From the NCBI GenBank assembly GCA_937625935.1, contig OW569363.1, positions 62,001-126,000 on the forward strand: a DNA stretch of 64,000 nucleotides, given 5' to 3'. Within the stretch, counting starts at the first letter, position 1, and each line of letters starts with the position of its first letter. Made by a program: the position numbers and the translations under genes. This document shows, one piece after another, positions 18,793-29,643 of this stretch. This DNA is from Tetramitus jugosus. Taxonomy: Eukaryota; Protista; Heterolobosea. The notes below the pieces were generated by a model, which worked only from the letters and a program-made list of their open reading frames with translations, was not told the origin of the DNA and ran no database searches.

Positions 18793-20369
18793 ATGTCTGA
18801 ACAGCTACCAACCGTAACGCTCACAGATGAAGAAAGAAAAAGAAGGGCAAAAGAAGCCAGAGCTGCCAAAGTGCAAAAGAAGGCAGAAAGACTAGCAGAG
18901 AGAAAATCAAGAGAATTGTTGTTGTCATCAGTTGTTGGACATCCAGTATCATGGGAAGAAGTCATGGATGGATCAAAGCTTTTTGGTGATTATCCATTGG
19001 TCCAATCACAATTGTGTTCTCAGTCATGGAACGAACTGGTATCAGTTGGATCTTTGAACGCATCCATGGACAACTCCTATGTCTCTCTACGTGCTCGTGT
19101 TCACTCTGTCAGAGGCAAGGGAAGAAGTGTTTTCTTGTTGTTGAGACAGGGAATGGACAGAGTACAAGCTACATTTTTTCAAACTGACGAAACACCGGAA
19201 GGAATGGCCAAGTACATTAGTAAGCTCAGTAAGGAGACTGTTGTTGATGTGACTGCGAAGATTGTGAAGGTTCAAGTACCAATTGCAAGTGCCACTCTAA
19301 AAGACATTGAATTAAGTGTTGTCAAATTGTTTGTGGTGAGTAGGGCAGGTTCACTACCGTTTCTTGTTGAAGATGCAATGGTGAGAAGTGCTCATGAGAA
19401 TGAAGCACTTGAAAATGGAACATATACGTACATTCCGAACATTGGGCAGGACCTCCGATTGAATAATCGTGTGATTGACTTGAGGGTACCTGCACACCTG
19501 GCAGTGTTTAGGATCCAGAGTGCTGTGGGGCGATTCTTTCGAGAGTATTTGTATACCAATGATTTTGTTGAAATTCACACTCCCAAGTTGGTGAGTGCTG
19601 CATTCGAGAGCAGTATCAATGCGTTTGGGTTGAATTATTTTGGTGATAAGGCCTACTTGGCCCAATCACCTCAATTGTATAAGCAAATGGCTGTGAATGG
19701 CGATCTGATGCGAGTGTTTGAGATTGGTCCTGCATTTCGTGCTGAATGGGGACACACCCACCGTCATTTGACAGAGTTTGTGAGTTTGGATCTCGAGATG
19801 GCTATTCAAAATCATTACTCTGAGGTTTTGGATATTGTCGACCAAATGTTCATCTACATTTTTGAGAATATTGAACAGAGATTTGCAAAGGAGTTGACAA
19901 CGATTCAAACTCAATATCCATTCGAACCACTGCAATACAACAAGAAGAAGAATTTGAGACTAACTTTTCTCGAGGCAGTTGCTCTTTTGAGACAAGATGG
20001 AATGGAGATTGGTGACTGTGATGATTTGGACACCTGGGCTGAGAGGAGATTGGGTGCTCTTGTCAAACAACAGCATGGCACTGATTTCTACTTTGTCGAA
20101 AAGTATCCAATGTCCGTGCGTCCATTCTACACAATGCCTTGCCCAGAAGATGAGAAATACTCCAACTCTTTTGACATTTTCTTGAGAGGAGAAGAGATAT
20201 CAACAGGTGCTCAAAGAATTCACGATCCAGAACTGTTGGTCAAGAAGGCGACAGAAAAGGGTGTTGATGTGGCAGCGGTCTTGAAAGAATTGTTCGGAGC
20301 TACTTGGCCATGAATAACATTCGTAAGACATCCATGTTCCCACGAGACTCAAGGAGACTCACCCCTTAG
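18793..20369 (+). pseudogene. DARS1: Cytosolic-type aspartyl-tRNA synthetase with deletion/frameshift before motif 3
   Basis: OB-fold anticodon domain, RLNNRVIDLR, YLAQSPQLYKQM, motif 2 FRAE..THRHLTEF and GEEISTGAQRIH. The main frame stops at 20313; GSGLERIV...NIRKTSMFPRDSRRLTP* is in another frame (20271-20369). Confidence 0.75.
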
Positions 20370-20435
20370 AGGTCAACATAAACACTCTGTTTTCTCGTTG
20401 GTGGATCGTAAGCCACGATAACAAAAGGTCAAAAC

Positions 20436-20520
20436 AGGACATAGTGTGAATCGAACACACGACCATAGGATGATGTTGCATTATTTGCAATCCCATGCTC
20501 TACCGCTGAGCTATATGTCC
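20436..20520 (-). tRNA. tRNA-Cys(GCA) with 13-nt intron (20472-20484)
   Basis: Reverse complement GGACATA-TAGCTCAGCGGTAGAGC-A-TGGGA-TT-GCA-A|ATAATGCAACATC|A-TCCTA...GTGTG-TTCGATT-CACAC-TATGTCC-T, followed by a TTTT terminator. Confidence 0.93.
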
Positions 20521-21527
20521 TTGATATCTGAGCTTTCCAAACTACGGCTTCCAAACTTTATTTTTTTCTTTTTAATTCGGGTTGATCGTTCGAGGGTGTT
20601 TGTTGTGTCTCGCGCAGCCCCTTACCGAGATCAAGTATTCTTCCACTCCAAAACCTCCAATTGTAAGGTTCAAGAAGAGTCTTTCACGCGTTGGATGACA
20701 TGCGTCCAGGAGAAATAGTATTCTTGCGATTCTGCGGCTATCTCACGGCGAAAAGACTCGTCATACGGCATGCACCCCCTGTCGTCACACACCAACACGG
20801 GGGACTCTGGCACCTATAAAAACTGAGAGCTCATTCTGTGAGTGCACATACCCTTCAAACAAACAAAAGAGAACCGAGAGAAAGAAGCTCCAAAGGAACA
20901 GTCAGCAAAAAGGTGCACCACCAGAGAGAAACAAAGATTAGCATTTTTGTTGTTTGACACAAAATTAGATCACCAAAAAACCTACAATTTCAAAACTGTA
21001 CTGCGCATCCACCACCTGAGAGAGCAACCCTCACACATTTTACACACACCTAAAAAAAAAGCTGAGAAACACACAGGAATAGCAAAACTAAGAACTAACC
21101 AACACCAACACACACACCTAGAGCTCTGCCCTTTTTCTCTCACTCACTCACATCATCATCATTAGCAGAAAAGAAAGCACTTTTTTTCACCTTCTTTTCT
21201 CACTTGCTTTTTTTCACTCTCTCCCCACCAGCAGCAAGCACACCAGCATTTTTTTTCACACGAACCAAGGAACATCCTTGCAACCTTTCTGGTCCGTTCG
21301 TCCGACAAAAAAAAAAGCCCTCAATTTTTTTTTTGACGCACACACTTTCTTTGGTATTCACATCCACCATCATCTACCGCACATCTCTCTCTAATCCTAC
21401 AAACAAATCACAACAGCAGCAACATCCATCACAACAATAACCTTTCACACAACAACAACAATAACAACAATAACAATAACAACCAAACAACAACCATTCG
21501 GCTCACACAAAAAAAAACAAAAGAAAA

Positions 21528-24383
21528 ATGCCCTCAACCGAAACGATATCGAACAACACCCATCCGTCATCAGGGGACAATAGTATTGAAAATTTTCATT
21601 CTCCCTCCACAACAACCACAACCACAACCACAACCACAAGCAACAACACAACAACATCCATTACAAGTGCCAGTCCAACTGCGGCCGGTGGTTGCAATCA
21701 CATTACAACCACTTCTTCTCATCATGATTTACAAGCAGACGAATATTCTTCACCTTCTTCACCTCCTTCACCATTGTCTAGTAGTGGTGGTAGTACTGGA
21801 TTGCAACAAGTGTGGGCCACACATGGTTCACAAGCACTATGGAAATACAAGTTGAATGATTTGAAGAATGAATTGAAGATTAAGGGACTTAATGTCACTG
21901 GTAATAAGCCTAATATTATCAATAGGCTTCACAGTCAGTACATGGCTGAATTGAGTCAACAACAACAACAACAACAGAATGGTGGTAGTCAATTCGTGTC
22001 TCCACAGCAACAGCAATCATCCTCCTCATTGGATGATCATGGAGACAAGAGTGAACAAACACCTTCTTCTTGTTCACCTCCATCTTCACCTACGACTACT
22101 ACTGTGAGTACTACTGTTGTTGCTGCAGTAGCTGCCACCTCCACTACCACCTCAGTTGCAAGCACACTCACAAACAACAACAGTAGTGGCACACCTGCGA
22201 CTACTGTTGCTGCTAGTACTAGTACTACTACTGGAATGACAACTCTGCCGAGCAAGGTGGCGACTATTGCACCTCAGACTCATGTCGTGAAACCACCTTC
22301 TCGATTGCCTCCATTTATGCCCATGTCTTCCATTCATTCTGCTGCAGCCGGTGGTTCATTCTATCCTACGATGCCTATTGCACCACCTTCTAGGCCAAAA
22401 ATTCTAGTGAAACCTCCATCGGTCATTATTCCACCACCTCCTGCACCATCATCATCCTCAACAGCGCTCAATGCGAGAAATGCTGCTTCATTGGCAACAG
22501 CAGCAACCACCACAACAACAGAAAAGAGCAGTGTTGCGATGAATGGTGTTGGTTCTGGTTCTGTATTGCCTCGCAATCCAACCATCTCTGCCCCTACAGC
22601 GAACACTGCCTCTTTGACAACTGCTACGTCATTACAAAAGACTAGTTCGTTGTCTGCTCGGAGGCGAATGGCCCAAAAGGGTGTATCCGTCAAATCAAAC
22701 AAGCCTGCTGTCTCTGCGAGTGCAGCCGTGTTGATGCAAATGACAGACACGCCCATGTCGCCACAAGCACCCAAAACGCGTCTCTCTGCACTCAAGGCCA
22801 AGCCTCCATCCATCATTATGCCCAAACCAATGACTCCACTGAGTGATCAATCCAAGTACATGACCTTTTCTCCTCATTCGTCTGCTCAGTTCCTTCCCTT
22901 CCAAAACAGCTCGTCATCCATTTCGAGAGCACTGAAAAGAAAAGCGGGCACAAGGTTGCCTCAATTCTCCTCATCTTCCTCTCACCTTCTGTCTTCAAGC
23001 ACCACAGGCAAACCCTCAAAGATGATGGTAGCTGCAAAGAAGGTAATGATGAAGAGCTCTAGCAGTTCCGCTGACCAAAATCAGCAAATCAAGAAGAGAG
23101 GAAGGCCCTCTCACAAGGGCAAGACTCTCTCTCAAGATCACATTCCTTCTGATTTGATCAGCCTGGGTCCAAGTCGAAGCTCAAGCATCAACAGCTATGG
23201 CATGGTAAAGACGATTGACTATGGTTCCACGAGTGGAATTGGCAGTCATCATCATCATCATTATCATAACACGAGTCCGATCCGCAGTCGAAATGAAGAC
23301 TCTCAGAACACTGATTCCGAATCAGAGTCTGACATGGACAATTGCCTCGATTATCTCGTGGGATCCGATGATGAAAACTATACCATGAGCTCTCACAACG
23401 ACTCCAGTACTTCTTATCAGGCATCAGAATCCGTGGCAACAACCGCGCCAGACTGTCTTGACTCGATTGTGCCAACTAGGGAAGTGAATCTGATTGAAGA
23501 TTATATTGAGAATGTTCCAAATCGAAAGAGAGCTCTCTTGGATGACACTGATTTTTATGGAGATGTGAGCTACAGCACTGATGCAAGCCCATACAAGAGA
23601 CGCAAGTCTGATGATGTGTTTGGCGGTGCAGAGGAAGAAGAGGAGGACGAAGAATTTGACGAGGAACCGTTCTTCTTTTGCGGAACAACACAGGAAGTAC
23701 CAGAGAGTATTGCTGAATCCAATCTCATGGAGCAAACGATGGGAGCCCTCCAGTCCGAGTACTCATTTGAAGTCTCCCTGGCAAAGAATATGACGAGTTC
23801 GGAGACAACCTCTGTGAGTATTCTATCCACACTGATCGAGGATGACTCGGAGACGAGAAAGCTCTCTGTCGGTGGCAACATTACTCTGCATGAACTAACA
23901 AAGTCTATCCTCGAGTTGTTTACATATGACAGGTACGGAGGATTGAACAATGGGCTCGGAATTGATTCGGAATCTCGGTACACAATGTCATTGCCATATG
24001 GCATAGAATTGAGCAATCCTGATGCCAATTCACAATCTGGTAAATCATCGGAGGATCTGCGAGTTGCAGGTGCAAAGTTGGGAGATCGTGATACGTTTTA
24101 CATTACATTCCCTTGTGCAGATGATCTATCGAAGACCTATTGCAAGTTTTCAATTAGAGTTGAGAACATTGCAATTACTAGCTCGAATGATGACACTGAC
24201 ATACTGTTAACTGATGAAGACAATGATTCCAACTTGCTTGGATCCATTCTATCGGATAGTTATCTAAACAGTTATGATGGTGACAACGATTCTGATGACG
24301 CTCCCTCCGAGGAGGACAACGCAACACAATCTGGTGACGATATGCTCAATTTACTGGATAGTAACTTATTATTGAGCATATAG
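21528..24383 (+). CDS. SAP-domain nuclear protein, largely low complexity
   Basis: LWKYKLNDLKNELKIKGLNVTGNKPNIINRL is a SAP motif; KKRGRP is AT-hook/NLS-like. Confidence 0.8.
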   Translation: MPSTETISNNTHPSSGDNSIENFHSPSTTTTTTTTTTSNNTTTSITSASPTAAGGCNHITTTSSHHDLQADEYSSPSSPPSPLSSSGGSTGLQQVWATHGSQALWKYKLNDLKNELKIKGLNVTGNKPNIINRLHSQYMAELSQQQQQQQNGGSQFVSPQQQQSSSSLDDHGDKSEQTPSSCSPPSSPTTTTVSTTVVAAVAATSTTTSVASTLTNNNSSGTPATTVAASTSTTTGMTTLPSKVATIAPQTHVVKPPSRLPPFMPMSSIHSAAAGGSFYPTMPIAPPSRPKILVKPPSVIIPPPPAPSSSSTALNARNAASLATAATTTTTEKSSVAMNGVGSGSVLPRNPTISAPTANTASLTTATSLQKTSSLSARRRMAQKGVSVKSNKPAVSASAAVLMQMTDTPMSPQAPKTRLSALKAKPPSIIMPKPMTPLSDQSKYMTFSPHSSAQFLPFQNSSSSISRALKRKAGTRLPQFSSSSSHLLSSSTTGKPSKMMVAAKKVMMKSSSSSADQNQQIKKRGRPSHKGKTLSQDHIPSDLISLGPSRSSSINSYGMVKTIDYGSTSGIGSHHHHHYHNTSPIRSRNEDSQNTDSESESDMDNCLDYLVGSDDENYTMSSHNDSSTSYQASESVATTAPDCLDSIVPTREVNLIEDYIENVPNRKRALLDDTDFYGDVSYSTDASPYKRRKSDDVFGGAEEEEEDEEFDEEPFFFCGTTQEVPESIAESNLMEQTMGALQSEYSFEVSLAKNMTSSETTSVSILSTLIEDDSETRKLSVGGNITLHELTKSILELFTYDRYGGLNNGLGIDSESRYTMSLPYGIELSNPDANSQSGKSSEDLRVAGAKLGDRDTFYITFPCADDLSKTYCKFSIRVENIAITSSNDDTDILLTDEDNDSNLLGSILSDSYLNSYDGDNDSDDAPSEEDNATQSGDDMLNLLDSNLLLSI

Positions 24384-24574
24384 GACAATTTTGTGATCAC
24401 AGGAAGAGAGTAATAAGCATTGGCGGCACAGTCATTTTCGAACAATGATTCGAAACAACTTACTACCCGGTTATCGGCTGGCATCAACTAACGCGTGGAG
24501 CATTTTGATCAGCAGATTGCTAAGTGTAGTATCTTTTTTGTACGGGATGGGATTTATTCAAACTCAATAAACGT

Positions 24575-27013
24575 TTATTTTACAACTCTTGCATTCCATA
24601 TACCAAGGTTAATGTTCTTAGTACCCCTGCTCATGAGGGAGGAGACCATACTACTGTTCTGTTTTGCCCTCCGGAGCTGCTGCAGTGCTCTGAAGCCTGC
24701 TCTCTCATGCCCTTGGTATTTCTTGGGAGGGGATGGTTCTTGAATATTCCTACTTTGAGAATCCGAATAAGCAAATCGGTCATCAAAACTGAGATTGAGA
24801 GAGTCTTCGCTCGAATTGAGCTGAAATACACCTCGATAACTACTGGGTTTCACTGCTTCCACAACATTCTTCTCAGTATCAAATCTACTTTTTCTTAAAG
24901 GAGAAGAGATTGGCCTCAGTTGACGATAAGTTCGAGTGTCACCTGTCATGATTGGTGTGGAAGCAATACTTAAGCTATCTTCAAAGATACTTCGGCTGTC
25001 ATTCAGTTTTCTTTGTGCTCTTCGAACTCTCGATTCTCCTATGCTGGAAACGCTTAGCATAGGTCCTTCTGTCCGCCCAAGAATCAGACCACTTGCATCA
25101 GTGACATCATCTGGAGATCTGATGGGTGAGATCTGATGCATCCTTGTCTCGGCACCAAACCTATGATCGATGCTGTTATTGCTCGTAAGAGGATCACTCA
25201 GTTCTAAGTACGAGTCACCTACATTTGGTTGTTGAATTAGAGTTGTCGAAACGTTGTTTCTTTCCTTTTTCTTTGCCAAAGAGGCAATGAATTCAATATT
25301 CCTTTGGACATAATTAGTGGAGCGTTTCAATGGAGACCGTTTCTTATTGATTGATCCTGTCACGATTCTCGGCTTTGGCTTCTTTTTCTTCTCTATTAGT
25401 TGAGAAGATGGATGGGATACTTCCTTTTTCTTAGTAAGGACGGGAGATTCATCTGGAGACTCCTTTTTCTTTTCATGGATCGTAAACTCCCATTTTTCGA
25501 GCTGATCGGACTGAAAACGATTGAAAAGATCGTAGTCGCTGTTCCAAGCTTTCAGACGAAACTTCGATGATTCCCTTTCCTTCGACATCTTATTTCTTCG
25601 ACCAAATCCAGTTTTCAATTGAGGAGGTTCAGAGAATCGTCTTGCTCTTGTGCTACTACCTGTTTGAATAGATTTAGAAGACGAGTAAGTTTGAATTTTG
25701 TTGGATTGTTGGATTGACAAGTCCGATTCACTTCTGGTTCGTCGTATAGAATTGGAATCAAAATGTTTTGAAGGGTAAAGGACTGTTTCATTCCTTCCAT
25801 TTCGTATGTCATTATCTCCATCTACCAGTGTGTCTCCATTTGGAACAATCGGTAGCTCTTCAAAGTTTGTTGGCTCATCTTCCTTTTCGCTAACTTTGAG
25901 ATCCTCGTCATCTTCTACGACCTTTTCTATTGAGCTTCTGATATCATCAATCGAAGTTACATCCTCCAACATTAAACGAGATCTGCTATTCGGGGAGTCG
26001 GGAACCTCACTAGCTTCTTCAAACTCTTCTATTAAAGTCATTGTCCTCTGTTCCATAGGACGATTAGTAGATAGTTTTGACCGAGAATCTTTGGGAGTGT
26101 TGGAGGTCTCTTCCAATTGAAGATTCGTTTTCCTTCTTTTCTTTCCCGGTTCTTTTGGATTAGAAGCACTCTCATTTGCTCCCTTTTTCATTAATTGATC
26201 GAGCAGTGACTCAGATGCATTAAAGTTAGTCTTGGCAGAGAGGGGGGAAGGAGATTCAGGAGTTGGACTCCTTGGTTGAGAAATTCTTTTAAGAAACTTA
26301 AGTGATTTTTTCACTCTTTCTATCTTCTTCCTCTCGGCTTGTTTCTTTTGTTTTTGTTGCTTTAAGAGTTCTTGTGCTTGCTTTTTCTGCTCTTCAACAA
26401 CTGGATTCTTAATGCTCGTTAAGATATTAAATTCTTCTTCTTCTTCTTCTTCTTCGTCATCTTCAGCCGACGATTGTCGATCACTAGGTTCTTCATTACT
26501 CTTTACTTCCCCATCTTCTTTTTCATTTGATTTAGGTCCATCTTGGTTCTCTCCTTCAATCTCCTCAGTTATTGTTGGCTCCGGTTCTTTTGACTTGAAT
26601 ATCCATCGAGGATCAACAGGCAGATCCAATGCATGAACTTTCACGAAATTATATCTTCCAGTTTTTTCATCACTCAAGTATGTTCTGAGCTTCGGTTTCC
26701 TCCATGCCTTCTTCTTTCGAGCAACGACCAATCGACTTGCTGCAACAAGAAAAGATGAGCTCAGAGAATTTCCAACAGATGGGTTTGCTCTGGAATCATT
26801 CAGAGACAATGCACTATTGTTTATATTCTGTCTTACAACAGAATTCTCTCTTCGATGAAGGGACGAAGCAGATACTGCTGTTCGTGTGGTTGAGGCAGTC
26901 AATAGGGGGTCCGATGAGGTGTTCAAGGATCCAACAGGAATAGAATTCAATGCCAGAGATGCCAATAGCTGTTGTTTTAACTGTTCGTCCGATGGTTTTT
27001 GAGAGACTTCCAT
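24575..27013 (-). CDS. Hypothetical charged, disordered protein, 812 aa
   Basis: Long uninterrupted ORF, S/E/K rich; no domain recognised. Confidence 0.75.
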   Translation of the reverse strand: MEVSQKPSDEQLKQQLLASLALNSIPVGSLNTSSDPLLTASTTRTAVSASSLHRRENSVVRQNINNSALSLNDSRANPSVGNSLSSSFLVAASRLVVARKKKAWRKPKLRTYLSDEKTGRYNFVKVHALDLPVDPRWIFKSKEPEPTITEEIEGENQDGPKSNEKEDGEVKSNEEPSDRQSSAEDDEEEEEEEEFNILTSIKNPVVEEQKKQAQELLKQQKQKKQAERKKIERVKKSLKFLKRISQPRSPTPESPSPLSAKTNFNASESLLDQLMKKGANESASNPKEPGKKRRKTNLQLEETSNTPKDSRSKLSTNRPMEQRTMTLIEEFEEASEVPDSPNSRSRLMLEDVTSIDDIRSSIEKVVEDDEDLKVSEKEDEPTNFEELPIVPNGDTLVDGDNDIRNGRNETVLYPSKHFDSNSIRRTRSESDLSIQQSNKIQTYSSSKSIQTGSSTRARRFSEPPQLKTGFGRRNKMSKERESSKFRLKAWNSDYDLFNRFQSDQLEKWEFTIHEKKKESPDESPVLTKKKEVSHPSSQLIEKKKKPKPRIVTGSINKKRSPLKRSTNYVQRNIEFIASLAKKKERNNVSTTLIQQPNVGDSYLELSDPLTSNNSIDHRFGAETRMHQISPIRSPDDVTDASGLILGRTEGPMLSVSSIGESRVRRAQRKLNDSRSIFEDSLSIASTPIMTGDTRTYRQLRPISSPLRKSRFDTEKNVVEAVKPSSYRGVFQLNSSEDSLNLSFDDRFAYSDSQSRNIQEPSPPKKYQGHERAGFRALQQLRRAKQNSSMVSSLMSRGTKNINLGIWNARVVK

Positions 27014-27332
27014 TCATGCACTCGTGTTTGCATCGTTCTTTTTTCGAGGTGCACTGGAAGAAAACGGCAATGACCGATTCGTTTTCAAGAAACCCATCCA
27101 GAGAGAACTTCAATCTTAAACGACCACAGGTTATGAAAGTCGCCACAACTGCCTCTAACCCATTCCAGACTCAATCCTACACAGATACGACCACTCTGAA
27201 TCCTGTAAATGCATTCAGGCGCGATCGGAAAATATTGAAAATCGATGTCGGACCAAAAAAATCTGGGTGAAGATCGATCAAGCATCGACCGCGAAAAAAA
27301 ACAACAACAAAACAAACAACCACACACACAGA

Positions 27333-28023
27333 ATGAAATTCTTTGCAGACGCCCAACCAACCACCGACGCACTCAAATGCTTTGTCACCTCTCTCATCAC
27401 TGGTGTTCAACTCGCTGTCACCACAATTGATGTCTCCAGTATGTTGTGATTGTTTTGTCGTCTTTTTTTTCAAACTAAAAAAAAAACTGCAGATTTTAAC
27501 ACACACCGCTCCTGCCTGATCTCAATGATGATCTCTTATATCAATGATACGACATATGATGATAGAACAAGAAAACAAGACGCCAGATTTCTTGGCCAAG
27601 AGTCCACTCGCCAAGCTACCAGTCATTCAAGCTGACAACATTAACTACTTGTTTGATGCAAACACGATTTGTCGATTTTTGTGCTCAAAGAATGACAAGG
27701 TGATTCTGATAGGCAACGATCTGAATGGTTCCTTGGTGGATCAATGGATGGAATGGGAGTCTACTCTGTCTGCTGATCAATTGTTGCAAAAAGTTGAACA
27801 ACATTTGTCATCCTTGGGAGCAAACAAGGCTCATTTGGTCGAAGGTAGACAAACACTGTCATTGGCTGATATTATCGTGTGGAGTGCACTCTATTTGCAC
27901 TTGTCAAGCACAAGCAACACGAATCAACGAAGTCAATTCCCTTTGGCTGCCGAATGGTTTGATCAATTGATAACTGAGAATCAAAAATTCTTTACTCAAG
28001 CCGTGAAGCTTTCAAAGTTGTAA
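27333..28023 (+). CDS. Stand-alone GST-like protein (MetRS/eEF1Bgamma N-terminal type); 2 exons 27333-27438 and 27566-28023
   Basis: A GTATGT..ATAG intron restores the frame. Motifs FLAKSPLAKLPV, LFDANTICRFL, VDQWMEWES and LSLADIIVWSALY. Confidence 0.8.
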
Positions 28024-28214
28024 ACATTGAACACTGAAAGTACAATACTTGTTTTTGTAATCTGTGTTTGCCCCTTTGGTTCAGGCTCCGTTACATTACA
28101 ATTCCTTTTGTTTTTTACAACATGTTTAAAAAAGATGCCAGCAATCAAGTTCTATCGTCATCTCTTACACTGTATTTCTGATCTCCATATCTCCATGCAC
28201 AAATCTATAAAATA

Positions 28215-29450
28215 TTACAGCCAATCCGCAGCAGGAATCGATCCATCCGTTCCGAACAAATCCGATGCCCTTTGACATGATTCCTTCAATCGGTTCAGAC
28301 AATCCTTGTACTGTCTCAGATAATCTCTCTTGTTTGGCTTAATGATCCGACAGACATGTGCATCAGCCAACGCAGGCACAATCCGATTCATGTACTCGTA
28401 TGTAATCGATCGATTGTAATAGGGAGCCGATGTGTCTACTCCATTGTTCACCGCAATAGACATTCCAAAGTCCATCACAGCCAATTGATTCATGGACAAC
28501 CGAGCATACATGTTGCCTCGGTATATGTAAGCACAGTGGAGATGCGGATCCAATTGGATCGCCTCATCCAGATCCTTGACACCAAGAATCAAGTGTTGAC
28601 CTGTTCGTGCATACAATTCTCCTCTGTACGTTCTCGGCAGTGCATAAAGTGGTTGATAATCAATGGATGTACTATAGTAGAGCAGAGCTTCGGCGTCCCT
28701 ATTGTTGTTCTCGTACATGAGAGCTTTGGATTGATAGAGTAGAGAGAGGAGATTTTTGTGGATGAGCCATGGATCATTTTCAGCATCCATTGTTGTTGTT
28801 GTTGTTGAATGAGATGATGATGATGATGTTGCTTGAGCTTGAGCTTGTTGCAATTGTTTTTGTTGTCTCAATTGTTGTATTTGATAAATTTGATGCGTGA
28901 GTGATTCAGCACTATTGTTGGAATCACCGTTGCCTGCATTGGTGGTGCTATTGTTGTGATTGTTGCTTGTATTTGAAAGAGAAGAATTTTGTTGATGACT
29001 GCTACCCGACTGATGAAATTCCATTTCGAGCTCATGAATCGATTGATTGATACGGTCCATGACATCTCCCGTCCACTTTTCAAACGTTCTCACAATTCCA
29101 AACTGAATGACATTGCGAATCACCGTAGTCAATTCTATCGCGCCATTATTTGTCGAAGGCTCCAAAAACCGATAAATCTCCTCCATGAGCTTATTTTGTT
29201 CCTGCGGAGAAAATCGATCCCATTGATCAATCATGCACATGTGATATTGACTCATGTGCGTTTGTGTCACCAGTGTACACAACCATTCCCAGTACAGTTT
29301 CGAGTGTGGATTCTCAAACTGGTACAATTCATGTGACGAAGCATAGTAGAGACGAAGTTTGGGTAGTTGTGATGTGTTGTGGAGGATGGGTCGTGGTGGA
29401 GGCAGTGCCTCATATAGTTGCATCACTGTTCTGTTGTTGCTCAATGTCAT
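28215..29450 (-). CDS. TPR-repeat protein
   Basis: C-terminal TPRs (YRGELYA..DLDEAIQLDP, AYIYRGNMYA..AVMDF, YYNRSITY..ALADA). Likely ATG is 29450. Confidence 0.8.
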   Translation of the reverse strand: MTLSNNRTVMQLYEALPPPRPILHNTSQLPKLRLYYASSHELYQFENPHSKLYWEWLCTLVTQTHMSQYHMCMIDQWDRFSPQEQNKLMEEIYRFLEPSTNNGAIELTTVIRNVIQFGIVRTFEKWTGDVMDRINQSIHELEMEFHQSGSSHQQNSSLSNTSNNHNNSTTNAGNGDSNNSAESLTHQIYQIQQLRQQKQLQQAQAQATSSSSSHSTTTTTMDAENDPWLIHKNLLSLLYQSKALMYENNNRDAEALLYYSTSIDYQPLYALPRTYRGELYARTGQHLILGVKDLDEAIQLDPHLHCAYIYRGNMYARLSMNQLAVMDFGMSIAVNNGVDTSAPYYNRSITYEYMNRIVPALADAHVCRIIKPNKRDYLRQYKDCLNRLKESCQRASDLFGTDGSIPAADWL

Positions 29451-29643
29451 CTTGTTGGCATTCAGAATTTTGCTTGTCAAAGTTTGTGTGATGTTGTTTT
29501 TTTTTGTTCGATGAGGAAGAGAACTGTTTAAAGTTACCTGGGGTTCGGAAAAAGGGAAGCATTTATTTTCCAAGCTCGAGGTAACTTTGGAGATGCGAAG
29601 CAAGCTCGTGTGAAAGATATCAGTATACTTTATTCGTTCATAT

